Shown here: positions 15,717 through 25,557 of the stretch, one piece after another
Layout: each line of letters opens with the position of its first letter
Numbering within the stretch: the stretch's first letter is position 1
Notes under the pieces: generated by a model
Seen by the model: only the letters and a program-made list of their open reading frames with translations
Database searches by the model: none
Told to the model about the DNA's origin: nothing
Source of the DNA: Chthoniobacterales bacterium
Lineage (GTDB): Bacteria > Verrucomicrobiota > Verrucomicrobiia > Chthoniobacterales > JACTMZ01
Direction of reading: 5' to 3'
Assembly (NCBI GenBank): GCA_049315725.1
Contig: JBMOJP010000002.1
Span: 17,220 to 81,219 of the forward strand
DNA: 64,000 nt
Made by a program: the position numbers and the translations under genes

Positions 15717-17305
15717 GCGCTCAAGCTTCGCGACCGACCTTGCAGCACGGCGTAGTCGAAACTGTCGATCAAGGCCTGCCAACTGGCCTCGATGATGTTG
15801 TCCGACACCCCGACCGTGCCCCATTGGCTGGTGCCATCGGTCGAAAGAATGAACACCCGCGTGCGCGCGGCCGTGCCCCGGCGTCCGTTGATGATGCGCA
15901 CCTTGTAGTCATCAAGCCGGACCCCGGCGATGGCCGGATAGAATGGTTCGAGGGCCTGGCGCAGCGCGGCGTCGAGGGCGTTGACCGGACCGTCGCCCGC
16001 GCCGGTGGTCTGGGTGGATTGGCCCTGAATGCGCAGTTTGACCGTGGCGCGGCAGCGGTTCCATTCGGGCGTATCACCCCCGGCGCGGAAAAACTCGCAA
16101 TGGTATTCGTCCAATGCAAAAAGCGGCGGGTGCTGCCCGGCCAATCGTCGGAGGAGGAGTTCGAACGAAGCTTCTGCGGCCTCAAACTCGAAGCCCTCGT
16201 GCTCGAGGCGCTTGACCTCGCCGAGCACCCTCGCCAACTCGGGCGCGCCCTTGGCCAAATGAAACCCCATGGCTTCGGCTTTGACCAGAACGTTGGTCTG
16301 GCCGGAAAGGTCGGAGATGGAGACGACCCGCTCGTTCCCGACCAAGGCCGGATCGATGTGCTCGTAGGTCCGCGCCAGTTTTTGCACGGCGTGAACGTGG
16401 AGACCTCCTTTGTGCGTGAAGGCGGCGGACCCGACGAAGGGCGCCCGAATGTCGATCGGCACGTTGGCCACCTCGTCAACAAAACGTGACAACTCGGTCA
16501 ACCGTTGGAGGTCATGGACCAGTGGCAGCCCGAGTTTGACCTGCAGCAAGGGCACCATGGTGGTCAGGTTGCAATTGCCCACCCGTTCGCCGTAGCCGTT
16601 GATCGTTCCTTGCACCTGCGAGGCGCCTGCTTCCACGGCAGCGAGGGCGTTGGCCACACCCAGTCCACTGTCATTGTGCGTGTGGATACCGACCGGGCGA
16701 CCGAGCGCGTTGATTGCGCCGTGAGTCGCCAGGGTTATGAACCCGGGAAGACTTCCGCCGTTGGTGTCGCAAAGAATGACGAGGTCCGCGCCGGCTTCGT
16801 TCGCGGCTCGGATGGTGGCCAGCGAGTATTCCGGGTCCTCCCGGTAGCTGTCAAAAAAATGCTCCGCGTCGTAGAAGACCCTTCGTCCCCGGTCGCGCAA
16901 ATAGGCCACAGTCTCACGGATCATTTCGACGTTTTCCTCCAAGCTGACGCGAAATACCTCGGTCACGTGCAGGGGCCAGGTTTTTCCGACGATGGTGATG
17001 ACGGGAGTCTCGGCCTCGAGGAGTTGCCTGACCTGTGGATCCTCCCCGACCTTGACCCCGCCGCGACGGGTCATGCCGAAGGCCGCGATTTTCGCGTGGC
17101 TCCACGGACGCCGGGCGGCCTCGGCGAAAAATTCCGCATCCTTCGGGTTCGAGCCCGGCCACCCTCCTTCGATGTAGTCGACCCCGAAATCGTCCAACCG
17201 CTCAGCAACCCTTAGCTTGTCCAGCACGCTAAAGGAAATCCCGGTGCCTTGCGTGCCATCACGCAGGGTCGTGTCGTAGATCTCAACTTTGGGCCAGTCA
17301 TTCAT
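15695..17305 (-). CDS. cimA: citramalate synthase (LeuA-family)
   Basis: 536 aa. VEIYDTTLRDGTQGTGISFSVLDKLRVAERLDDFGVDYIEGGWPGSNPKD and IHTHNDSGLGVANALAAVEAG. Confidence 0.9.
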   Translation of the reverse strand: MNDWPKVEIYDTTLRDGTQGTGISFSVLDKLRVAERLDDFGVDYIEGGWPGSNPKDAEFFAEAARRPWSHAKIAAFGMTRRGGVKVGEDPQVRQLLEAETPVITIVGKTWPLHVTEVFRVSLEENVEMIRETVAYLRDRGRRVFYDAEHFFDSYREDPEYSLATIRAANEAGADLVILCDTNGGSLPGFITLATHGAINALGRPVGIHTHNDSGLGVANALAAVEAGASQVQGTINGYGERVGNCNLTTMVPLLQVKLGLPLVHDLQRLTELSRFVDEVANVPIDIRAPFVGSAAFTHKGGLHVHAVQKLARTYEHIDPALVGNERVVSISDLSGQTNVLVKAEAMGFHLAKGAPELARVLGEVKRLEHEGFEFEAAEASFELLLRRLAGQHPPLFALDEYHCEFFRAGGDTPEWNRCRATVKLRIQGQSTQTTGAGDGPVNALDAALRQALEPFYPAIAGVRLDDYKVRIINGRRGTAARTRVFILSTDGTSQWGTVGVSDNIIEASWQALIDSFDYAVLQGRSRSLSAHCAGSP

Positions 17306-17336
17306 GGCAGCTCGGCGATGCGGGAAGTTTCCTCGT

Positions 17337-18479
17337 TCATGGCTCCGTCTCGGAGCAGTTGATCGTATCGATGAACAAGCGCAGCATGCCGAAGTCCGTC
17401 TTTTTCGGCGTGAGAACCAAGTGTGTCAGGTCGTCCACCTCGCCGCGGAACATGGCACCGACCGACCATGGTCTCTGTTCGGCTTCCTTCGGCACGATGC
17501 CGGTCTGCTCGATCGATCCCGAGACGAGGATGTCGCGGAATTTCTCGTTCAGCTTGGACAAGCTTTCCGCGGTGAGCGGCTTTTTGATCCGGATGAGCAT
17601 CTTCTCCCGCACCCAACGGTAGGAATCGAACACCTTGTAGAAGTGCTGGATGTGCTCAATCGCTTCCTCGCAGGAGTGGAAGATTTTGAAGAGATGGAAG
17701 TCGCTCGGCGAAATGAGCTTCATGCGCAGCAGGTCGTTTTTGATGAAGAACTCCCACGTCTCCCAATAACGCCCGTCCGGCGTGTCGAGCAGGATGAGCG
17801 GGGTGATCTTTGCTTTGCCCGTTTGCATGAGCGTGAGGCACTCGAACCCCTCGTCCTGCGTGCCGAAGCCGCCGGGGAAGAGCACGAAGGCATCGGTCTC
17901 CTTCACGAAGTTGACCTTGCGGGTGAAGAAGTAGTTGAAGTTGATCAGCTTTTTGTCGCCGTGGATCGTTTCGTTGGCCCGCTGCTCGAAGGGCAGACGG
18001 ATATTGAGACCGAACCCGTTGTCGCGGCCGGCGCCTTTTTGCGCGGCGCCCATGATCCCGTCGCCGCCTCCGGTGATGACCATGAAGCCTTGTTCGACGA
18101 CCTTGCGGCCGAGTTCCTCCGCCATCTTGAACTCCGCGGTCTCCGGCGCGAGGCGCGCCGAACCGAACACGGCTACCTTCCGGCGGTCGGAGTAGGGCTG
18201 GAAAACCTTGGAGGCATAGCGCAACTCTTTGAGAGAGCGGACGAACAGCTTCAAATCGGCCACGGAGGCATTGTCCCGCCCCAAACGCAGCGCTGTCTGC
18301 ACCATTTCCTCGATGAAAGCTGGGGAGTGCACGCACCCGCTTTCGGCCACGAGCGTCTTGATCGCGGCTTCTTCATTGTCTTTCATACGAGCTGGCCAAT
18401 ATGGACGACTGGCGGCAAAAGGCACGAAATTTAAGTGCCCCGGCCGGGTTGCGAATTGACGCAGAAGAAAAGACTCCAC
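17337..18479 (-). CDS. LOG-family (TIGR00730-type) nucleotide N-glycosidase with a C-terminal extension of about 110 aa
   Basis: VAVFGSARL...ITGGGDGIMGAAQKGA...FPGGFGTQDE. Start uncertain (alternative ATG at 18386, MKDNEE). Confidence 0.8.
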   Translation of the reverse strand: MESFLLRQFATRPGHLNFVPFAASRPYWPARMKDNEEAAIKTLVAESGCVHSPAFIEEMVQTALRLGRDNASVADLKLFVRSLKELRYASKVFQPYSDRRKVAVFGSARLAPETAEFKMAEELGRKVVEQGFMVITGGGDGIMGAAQKGAGRDNGFGLNIRLPFEQRANETIHGDKKLINFNYFFTRKVNFVKETDAFVLFPGGFGTQDEGFECLTLMQTGKAKITPLILLDTPDGRYWETWEFFIKNDLLRMKLISPSDFHLFKIFHSCEEAIEHIQHFYKVFDSYRWVREKMLIRIKKPLTAESLSKLNEKFRDILVSGSIEQTGIVPKEAEQRPWSVGAMFRGEVDDLTHLVLTPKKTDFGMLRLFIDTINCSETEP

Positions 18480-18607
18480 GCATGGGGACCGTCGACCGCC
18501 CGGGCGTGATCGAGTCTGTCACGACGGCCCCCTGCAGGCAGGCGGCGGTGCAGGGGCGAACTGCCGAGGTGAAACCCGCGGCCCGGCCGGCTTTCCGGTG
18601 TCGTTTT

Positions 18608-19672
18608 TCATTGAGGCAACACGAGCACACTCGCCAGATCCTGACGCGTGACCAGCCCGACCAGTTGACCAGCGGCATTGATGACGGCGAAGTCGGACTG
18701 AGCTGAGCGGTTGGCCAGACGAAAGGCCTCGTCAATGGAAGCGTCAGCAGTCAGCACCTCGCCGACCTGTTCCGCCAGAGCCTCGACGGGCTGACTCAAG
18801 CCGCCCGGCAAAGCCCGGGCCAGAGCCGCCGCGGGCACGAGACCGATGGGGCGGAGGTTGGTGTCGACCAGCGGATAGACCGGCCTCGCGTCGCGCATGG
18901 CCAGCTGCACCGCCGCGAGCACGCCCATGCCCGGACGAAACAAAGGTGGCAGAGGACGCAGGACTGCGGTGACCCGGGTTTCCTCGGCTGTCTCTTTGCG
19001 CGTGGCGTAAGACGCCTCCTGCTGGGCGCCGAAAAACACGAACACCGCAATGAAGAGCAACATGGGGTGACCGAGGAGCCCGAGGAGGCCGAAGACGATG
19101 GCAATGGCCTGACCGACCCCCGCGGCAATGCGCGTAGCCTGGCCGCGCTTCAGGCGCATGGCGAGCAGGGCCCGCAGAACACGGCCTCCATCCATGGGAA
19201 ACGCGGGCACGAGGTTGAAGAGCACAAGCATGACATTGATGGCCAACAGCTTGGTCAGCAAATTTCCGCCCTCCTCGCCGACGTCCACGACTTCGCGAAG
19301 ATCAAAAAACTTCCCCAGAACGATGAACAAGCCCAGGGCAATGACGACATTGACGGCGGGGCCGGCCAGGGCGACGACGAGTTCCTGCCAGGGTTTTTCC
19401 GGCATGCGCTCGAGTCGGGCCACGCCGCCGATGGGCAGCAAGGTGATGTCCGGCGTGTGAATACCGTAAGCCCGCGCAGCCAGCGCGTGGCCAAACTCGT
19501 GGAGAAGAACGCAGACGAAGAGCAGGAGGATGAAGGCCAGGCCAACAACCATGGCGCCGAACCCACCGTCGCTGTAATAGGCGTAGCCAAACCACGCGAG
19601 AAGGAGGAAGAACGTCGCGTGGACACGCACGTCGATGCCCGCAACTCGGGCCAGATGGAAAGACCACTTCAT
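18608..19672 (-). CDS. site-2 protease family (M50) with C-terminal CBS pair
   Basis: HEFGHALAARAYG (HExxH) and NLVPAFPMDGGRVL. The C-terminal part is CBS-like. I take the start at MKWSF (19672). The ORF-track start is 19714. Confidence 0.85.
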   Translation of the reverse strand: MKWSFHLARVAGIDVRVHATFFLLLAWFGYAYYSDGGFGAMVVGLAFILLLFVCVLLHEFGHALAARAYGIHTPDITLLPIGGVARLERMPEKPWQELVVALAGPAVNVVIALGLFIVLGKFFDLREVVDVGEEGGNLLTKLLAINVMLVLFNLVPAFPMDGGRVLRALLAMRLKRGQATRIAAGVGQAIAIVFGLLGLLGHPMLLFIAVFVFFGAQQEASYATRKETAEETRVTAVLRPLPPLFRPGMGVLAAVQLAMRDARPVYPLVDTNLRPIGLVPAAALARALPGGLSQPVEALAEQVGEVLTADASIDEAFRLANRSAQSDFAVINAAGQLVGLVTRQDLASVLVLPQ

Positions 19673-19739
19673 CGCGCGCAACTTCCGGCCAGGCGCCCCG
19701 CGCCGCAAGGGCAATCCCCGCGGAACCCACGCAACCTGC

Positions 19740-20348
19740 TCAGGCCGCCCGTTCTTTCATCGCAAAAGACATCGAGACGAAATACGCCCCCGTGAAGATC
19801 ATGTTGATGCCAAAAAGCAACCCGAGCACCCAGCCGGCGCTGCTGGGGAAGCCGCTGAAAATCATGGAGGCAAGGATGAGCGAGACCACACCGCTCAGCA
19901 GCATCATCCACATGGCCGGGGTGCCCGAAAATTTGAACGCGGCCAAAATCGTCACGAGCCCCTGGGCCGCGAAATAGGAGGCGAGCAAAATGGTCAGGGT
20001 GAGAACACCGGCGCCGATCTTGAAGACAAGCAGGAGCCCGGTGAGGAGCGTGAGCGCGGCCCAGAACACGGCAAAAACGCGGTGGACGGTGCCGGTGGTC
20101 TTGCCTCCGAAGGCCGCGGCCAGGGCGTAGCCGCCCACGATGAGAAGAAGGGCGGCGAAGACCTGCTCGATGGCGACCGTCGCGATGAGGGGAAAACCGA
20201 TGGCGACAACGCCGAGCACAATGAGGAGGATTCCCTGGAACATGGTCCAGCTGGAGGATCTGTCGGTGGTGGGAGAGGGCATAGACCGGTTAAGTTGGCT
20301 TCGAAGGGCCGTCGAGGGAAGCGCATTTTTTCGGCGGACGGGAGACAC
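19740..20348 (-). CDS. HdeD/DUF308-family membrane protein
   Basis: 202 aa of repeated glycine-rich TM helices: ILLIVLGVVAIGFPLIATVAIEQVFAALLLIVGG. Start uncertain. Confidence 0.7.
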   Translation of the reverse strand: MSPVRRKNALPSTALRSQLNRSMPSPTTDRSSSWTMFQGILLIVLGVVAIGFPLIATVAIEQVFAALLLIVGGYALAAAFGGKTTGTVHRVFAVFWAALTLLTGLLLVFKIGAGVLTLTILLASYFAAQGLVTILAAFKFSGTPAMWMMLLSGVVSLILASMIFSGFPSSAGWVLGLLFGINMIFTGAYFVSMSFAMKERAA

Positions 20349-20380
20349 ATTGCTGCTAGGGTGCGAGCGGCGAAGCCCGC

Positions 20381-22327
20381 ATGACCAAGAAGAAACCAGC
20401 GCCTCGTTGTCACCCCGGAGCCCGGCGCATCAGCCTGCTGCGGCCGCGCGCGCGCCAGCGGAGGATCCGCCGTCAGCGAACCCGACGGCTCGGTCGTCTG
20501 GTCCTCGCCTGTTTTTTGCTCTGGACCATCGTGGCCTCTTTCTATGCCGCATGGGCCTGGACTTTCGACTTGCAGCAGGTCGGGCACATCCCCGAAAGCT
20601 CGCTCGTCCTCGACCGCAACGGTCAGGTCTACACCCGCCTGGCCGGCGAGCACCGTCGCACGGTTCCGCTTTCGGCCATCAGCCCTTGGTTTGTCCGCGC
20701 GGTCATTGCCCGGGAGGATTCGCGCTTCCGCCAGCATTTCGGCATTGATCCGATCGGCATCGTGCGTGCGGTGGCCAGCAACCTCGCCGCCGGTGGCATC
20801 AGGCAGGGCGGCAGCACGCTGACCCAGCAGCTCGCGCGAAACAGCTTTCCCCTCGGCGGGCAGAACATCCATCGCAAGATTCTCGAGGCTGTTCTGGCCC
20901 TGAGAATGGAAATGGTTTTCTCCAAGGACGAAATCCTCACGCACTACATGAACCGGATCTACTTCGGAGCCGGACTTTTCGGCATCGAAACGGCCAGCCA
21001 GGCCTACTTTCAAAAGCCGGCGGCCGATTTGACGCTGGCCGAATCGGCTCTGCTCGCCGGGCTTATTCGCAGTCCTAATCGCTTGTCGCCCTTCCGCGAC
21101 CCGAATGGCGCGCTGGAGCAACGCAACATCACGCTCCAGCAAATGGAATCACTTGGTTACATTTCCGCCGGGCAGCGTGAGGAGGCCCAAGCCGAGCCGG
21201 TCCTGCTGGCGGCCGAGCGTCCACCGCCGCCGCAAGAGGACTGGGCCATGGAGTTGCTCTGGCGCGAATTGGAACGCATCTTGCCGCAGGATATTCTCGA
21301 TGGCGCGGGCTTGAAGATCTACACCACGCTGGACACCGGGATGCAGCGCACGGCCGTGGCGGCGGTCGAGGAGCAACTGCAATCGGTCGAAGCCCGCCCG
21401 GGGTATGCGCATCCGCGCAAGGCCGAAGTTGGTCCGGTTGACCCCCAGAGTCGCGAGGGCACGCCGTATTTGCAGGCCTCGGCCATGGCGATCGACAATG
21501 ACACCGGCGGGGTGCGGGTGCTCGTCGGAGGACGTGATTACGCCGCGAGCAAGTTCAACCGTGCCTATTTCTCCGAGAGGCAGGTTGGTTCGGCAGCCAA
21601 GCCCTTTGTCTATGCCGTGGCTTTCGCCGGGGGGCTTGATCCAACCACCCCGGTGAGTGACGACCGCATCCAGCCGGGGGAACTGCCCAAGGCCTTCGGT
21701 CGCTATGACCCGTCAAACAGCGACGAGACCTACCGGGGAATGCTGCCGGCCAAGGAGGGTCTGATTCTCTCCCGAAACACCATGAGTGTGCGCATCGGCA
21801 CGATGGCGGGGATTGACCGGGTGCGGGAGACCATCCTCGCCGCGGACTTAACCAAGGACGCCCCGCGTTTTCCTTCCATTTTTCTTGGCTCCTTCAGCGG
21901 AACTTTGCGCGCCTTGACGGCAGCCTACGCGGCCTTGGCCAGCGATGGTGTCGCTCCCACGCCGTATCTGCTCGATCGGGTCGAAGACCCCCAGGGCCGG
22001 GTGCTCTACCGGCGCAAGGACGTGCGGCAGCGAATTCTTCCCGCCCGGGCCGCCCGCCTCACGGCGGCGGTGCTGGTGGAGGCGATGACCCGTGGCACGG
22101 GAGCAGCGGCGGCCGGCCTGGGCTACCAGGGCAAGGCGGGGGGAAAGACCGGCACGACCAACGATTACCGGGACGCTTGGTTTCTTGGCTTCGATGAAAC
22201 CACCACCTGCGGCGTGTGGGTCGGCTTCGACCGGCCGAAGCAGATCATGGACCGCGGCTACGGCGCGACCCTGGCCCTGCCGATCTGGGTCAAGATTATG
22301 AACGCCGTCCCCTCGCCGCCCGCCTAG
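20381..22327 (+). CDS. class A penicillin-binding protein (glycosyltransferase + transpeptidase)
   Basis: 648 aa. GT51 motifs REDSRFRQHFGIDPIGIVRA, GGSTLTQQLARN and RKILEAVLALRME. Transpeptidase motifs SAAKP and KTGTTND. Confidence 0.9.
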   Translation: MTKKKPAPRCHPGARRISLLRPRARQRRIRRQRTRRLGRLVLACFLLWTIVASFYAAWAWTFDLQQVGHIPESSLVLDRNGQVYTRLAGEHRRTVPLSAISPWFVRAVIAREDSRFRQHFGIDPIGIVRAVASNLAAGGIRQGGSTLTQQLARNSFPLGGQNIHRKILEAVLALRMEMVFSKDEILTHYMNRIYFGAGLFGIETASQAYFQKPAADLTLAESALLAGLIRSPNRLSPFRDPNGALEQRNITLQQMESLGYISAGQREEAQAEPVLLAAERPPPPQEDWAMELLWRELERILPQDILDGAGLKIYTTLDTGMQRTAVAAVEEQLQSVEARPGYAHPRKAEVGPVDPQSREGTPYLQASAMAIDNDTGGVRVLVGGRDYAASKFNRAYFSERQVGSAAKPFVYAVAFAGGLDPTTPVSDDRIQPGELPKAFGRYDPSNSDETYRGMLPAKEGLILSRNTMSVRIGTMAGIDRVRETILAADLTKDAPRFPSIFLGSFSGTLRALTAAYAALASDGVAPTPYLLDRVEDPQGRVLYRRKDVRQRILPARAARLTAAVLVEAMTRGTGAAAAGLGYQGKAGGKTGTTNDYRDAWFLGFDETTTCGVWVGFDRPKQIMDRGYGATLALPIWVKIMNAVPSPPA

Positions 22328-23355
22328 GAAGCAGCCTGCCGCATAAGCGAGAGAACCCGGGCGGCGGCGCCGGAGTCGATGGCCTCGGCCGCGCGGGCGA
22401 CGGCGGCGGACCATTCATCCGCGAGGCCTGCCACGATCAGGGCGGCGGCGGCATTGGCCAGAACGAGGTCGCGGGCCGGACCGGGCACGCCGCCGAGAAT
22501 GCGTTCGAGCAGAAGCGCATTGTCCGCCGCATCGCCCCCGCGAAGGTCGGCCAAGTTGCCCGGGGCAAAACCCAAATCCTCCGGTTGCAAAAAACGGCGA
22601 CGCGACGGGCCCTCGCCGATCTCCACGACAACGGTCGGACCGAGGGTGGAAATTTCATCCATCACGCCGTGCTCTCCGGCGCGGCCGTGCACGATCCATG
22701 CCCGCTCGCGCCCGAGCCTTGGCAGCACGTCGGCATAGACGGGGAGCAATTGCTCGCTGAATACGCCGGTGAGTTGGCCGGCCGGGCGGGCCGGATTGAG
22801 CAGCGGGCCCAGCATGTTGAAAACCGAGGCCCGGCCGCGCCCGCCGAGAATTTTGCGGGCCGGAGCCACCGCGCGAAAAGCCGGATGGAAACGGGGGGCA
22901 AACAGGAACACCGCGCCGGCGGTCTCGAGCATGCGGGCGAGGGTTTCCGGCGGGGCCTCGATCGGCACACCGAGGGCTTCGAGCACATCGGCCCCGCCGC
23001 TGCGGGAGGTGACCCCGCGGTTGCCGTGCTTGACCAGCCGCGCACCGGCTCCGGCAGCGACAAACATCACCGCGGTGGAAACATTGAACAATCCGAGTTT
23101 GTCCCCTCCCGTGCCGCAGACATCCAGAACCGGACCGAGGCCCGCCGGGACCTCGAAGGGCTCGGCCCGATCGAGAAAGGTCGAGGCAAAGGCACAAACC
23201 TCGCCGGGTGTCTCACCTCGGTGATTGAGCGCCTCGAGAAAATCGGCCTTCTCTTCGTCACCGGCGGAGGCGGAGAGAAGGTCGGCCGCGATCTCTCGCA
23301 CCTCGGCAGCGGTGAATTCCGCCCTGGCGGGCAATTGTTCGGTCCATTGTTTCAT
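22324..23355 (-). CDS. trpD: anthranilate phosphoribosyltransferase
   Basis: CGTGGDKLGLFNVSTAVMFVAAGAGARLVKHGNRGVTSRSGGADVLEALG. Start at MKQWTE (ATGA overlap with the aroD stop at 23352-23355). Confidence 0.9.
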   Translation of the reverse strand: MKQWTEQLPARAEFTAAEVREIAADLLSASAGDEEKADFLEALNHRGETPGEVCAFASTFLDRAEPFEVPAGLGPVLDVCGTGGDKLGLFNVSTAVMFVAAGAGARLVKHGNRGVTSRSGGADVLEALGVPIEAPPETLARMLETAGAVFLFAPRFHPAFRAVAPARKILGGRGRASVFNMLGPLLNPARPAGQLTGVFSEQLLPVYADVLPRLGRERAWIVHGRAGEHGVMDEISTLGPTVVVEIGEGPSRRRFLQPEDLGFAPGNLADLRGGDAADNALLLERILGGVPGPARDLVLANAAAALIVAGLADEWSAAVARAAEAIDSGAAARVLSLMRQAAS

Positions 23356-24044
23356 CGGCCAACCTCCTTGATCAATTCCATCAACCTTTCGGCTGGCCAT
23401 TGCCCGGGCACCTGCGGGCGATCGAGGTAGCCGTAATTGAGGCGGGAGCCGGCGGCCGCGAGGGCCAGACGGGAGACGCGCCCGAGCGGCCCCATGCCCA
23501 TCAACGCCACGGGGCCGGCCGCCCTCGCGGCCAACTCAAGCAACGTGGCCAGGTCGCGTGGCCCGCGCAATGTGGTGGCCACCTTCACAATCTCAGCCCC
23601 AGCCTGCCGCGCGGCGCGCAACTTGGACTGCAAAGCCGCGGCCGAGGGAGTCCGCCGAAAATAATGAACACTGACGACGCGGGCGACACCTTGGCGGGCT
23701 GCCTCCTCCATCACGCCAGCCAACGCGTGGACGGAACGCAATTCAACGTCGATGGCCGCCGCATGGGGAAGGAAGTGCGCCAACAAGCGGCCGCGCTCGC
23801 GGGCCGCCAGTTGACCACGGCCTCCCTCGGACGCGTGGCGGGCCGTGAACAGGAAGGGAAACCTCAGGCCGGGCAGCGCCGACTCCACGAGGGCAAGAGA
23901 GTCAGCGAGGCAGTCGAGACGGATCTCCAGTAGGTCAACGGCGCGGGGCGGAAGACTCCGCGCGGCGGCCAGTCCAGCCCTGCTGTGGACGGTCGCGACG
24001 GCGAGCGGGCCGAGGCGGGTCGGTAGCTTTTTCTTTTGGGCCAT
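23352..24044 (-). CDS. aroD: type I 3-dehydroquinate dehydratase
   Basis: 230 aa from MAQKKK. VATVHS...DLLEIRLD...FTARHASEGG...IVKVA...MGMGPLGRVSR resembles AroD type I. Confidence 0.75.
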   Translation of the reverse strand: MAQKKKLPTRLGPLAVATVHSRAGLAAARSLPPRAVDLLEIRLDCLADSLALVESALPGLRFPFLFTARHASEGGRGQLAARERGRLLAHFLPHAAAIDVELRSVHALAGVMEEAARQGVARVVSVHYFRRTPSAAALQSKLRAARQAGAEIVKVATTLRGPRDLATLLELAARAAGPVALMGMGPLGRVSRLALAAAGSRLNYGYLDRPQVPGQWPAERLMELIKEVGR

Positions 24045-24102
24045 GGCAGATTCGTGACTAATGTAAGGGATTTGCGGACCGGCCGCCATACCATTTCGCC
24101 CC

Positions 24103-25494
24103 ATGCTCTCGCGCAAACAGGAACTTTCGTTGCAGGTGAACCAAATCGCCGACGGGCTGATCCTCGGTGCCTTGCTCTACGTGAGCTACGCGCTGCGCTA
24201 TTACCGCATCATCGACTTTGACGTTCTGCCGGAAATTCCACCGCTGGAGGGATTCATCTGGATGTTCATTGTGGTGATTCTTTTCGCCCCCCTGCTGCTC
24301 GAGATGCAGGGATTTTATCAATACCCGCTGGAGAAAAAGCTCCGCCGATCGCTCGAGCAGATCGCCGCTGCCGGATTCTGGCTCGGGCTCATCCTCGGGG
24401 CTTGTGTCATTTTCCTGCGGTTGGGCATTCCCAGTCGGTCGGCCTTCGTCCTCTTCATCCTGCTCAGCCCGCTCGGACTACTGGCCCGCGAATGGGCCTA
24501 CCGGGCCTACTATCTGCGGCGCTTGCAGCACGGCGGAGCGGGAGAAAACATCATTCTGGCGGGGAACGCGGAGAAGATGGATGAGGTCCTTGGTGCCCTC
24601 ACGCCGGTGCAGAAAATGGAACTCAGGGTGGTCGAACGCATCGACCTCGACGGGCAGTCGGTCGAGGCCCTTGTTACCGCCATGCACCGGCACAGCGTCG
24701 GTCGCGTGCTCCTGGCTTTCGACACCCACTCCTCCGGTGGACTGCAGGCTTCCATCGCCGCCTGCGAGACCGAGGGGGTTGAAGCCTGGGTGGCGGCGGA
24801 TTTCGTCCGCGCCTCCATTGCGCGACCGACCTACGAATCGCTCGGCCGCATGCCCATGCTGGTTTTTCGGGTCACGCCGGATCTTTCCTGGGCGCTGCTG
24901 CTCAAGTCCGTGATGGACCGCGTCGGGGCGGGGGTCCTGCTGATCCTACTCGCGCCGGTTTTCCTTGCGACCGCGCTCGGTATCCGCCTGACCTCGCCGG
25001 GCCCCGTGATTTTCAAACAGCAGCGGGCCGGCCGGCACGGTCGCCCCTTCACCATGTATAAGTTTCGGTCGATGCACAGCGATGCGGAAATGCAGCGCGA
25101 AGAACTGCGGGCCTTCAACCAGATGAGCGGGCCGGTCTTCAAGATTGAGAACGACCCGCGCATCACACCTTTCGGCCGTTGGTTGCGCCGGACGAGTCTC
25201 GACGAGTTGCCCCAGCTCATCAATGTGCTCCGCGGCGAGATGAGTCTGGTCGGGCCCCGCCCGTTGCCGGTTTACGAGGTCAACAACTTCGAGCTGACCG
25301 CGCACCGGCGGCGTTTGAGCATGAGACCGGGGCTGACCTGCCTCTGGCAGATTCAGGGCCGCAACAACGTGCATGACTTCGGGGAGTGGGTTCGGCTCGA
25401 TGTCGAATACATTGACAATTGGTCGCTCGGGCTCGACATGAGCATCCTGCTGCGCACCGTCCCGGTGGTGTTCTTTGGCTGCGGAGCGAGGTAG
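24103..25494 (+). CDS. exopolysaccharide priming polyprenyl-phosphate glycosylphosphotransferase (WbaP/EpsB-type sugar transferase)
   Basis: 463 aa. N-terminal TM helices, then PVIFKQQRAGRHGRPFTMYKFRSM...DELPQLINVLRGEMSLVGPRP. Confidence 0.9.
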   Translation: MLSRKQELSLQVNQIADGLILGALLYVSYALRYYRIIDFDVLPEIPPLEGFIWMFIVVILFAPLLLEMQGFYQYPLEKKLRRSLEQIAAAGFWLGLILGACVIFLRLGIPSRSAFVLFILLSPLGLLAREWAYRAYYLRRLQHGGAGENIILAGNAEKMDEVLGALTPVQKMELRVVERIDLDGQSVEALVTAMHRHSVGRVLLAFDTHSSGGLQASIAACETEGVEAWVAADFVRASIARPTYESLGRMPMLVFRVTPDLSWALLLKSVMDRVGAGVLLILLAPVFLATALGIRLTSPGPVIFKQQRAGRHGRPFTMYKFRSMHSDAEMQREELRAFNQMSGPVFKIENDPRITPFGRWLRRTSLDELPQLINVLRGEMSLVGPRPLPVYEVNNFELTAHRRRLSMRPGLTCLWQIQGRNNVHDFGEWVRLDVEYIDNWSLGLDMSILLRTVPVVFFGCGAR

Positions 25495-25557
25495 CGCGGA
25501 AAGGCTGGATTTGCGGCCACCTCATGCTATAAGAGCTTTTTATTTCCCTCACCAACA

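Noticed and set aside
19994-21142. A 382-aa minus-strand ORF opposite the PBP gene and overlapping hdeD.
   Set aside because: It is antisense to a PBP with clear GT51 motifs and is a Pro/Arg/Ser-rich low-complexity translation.
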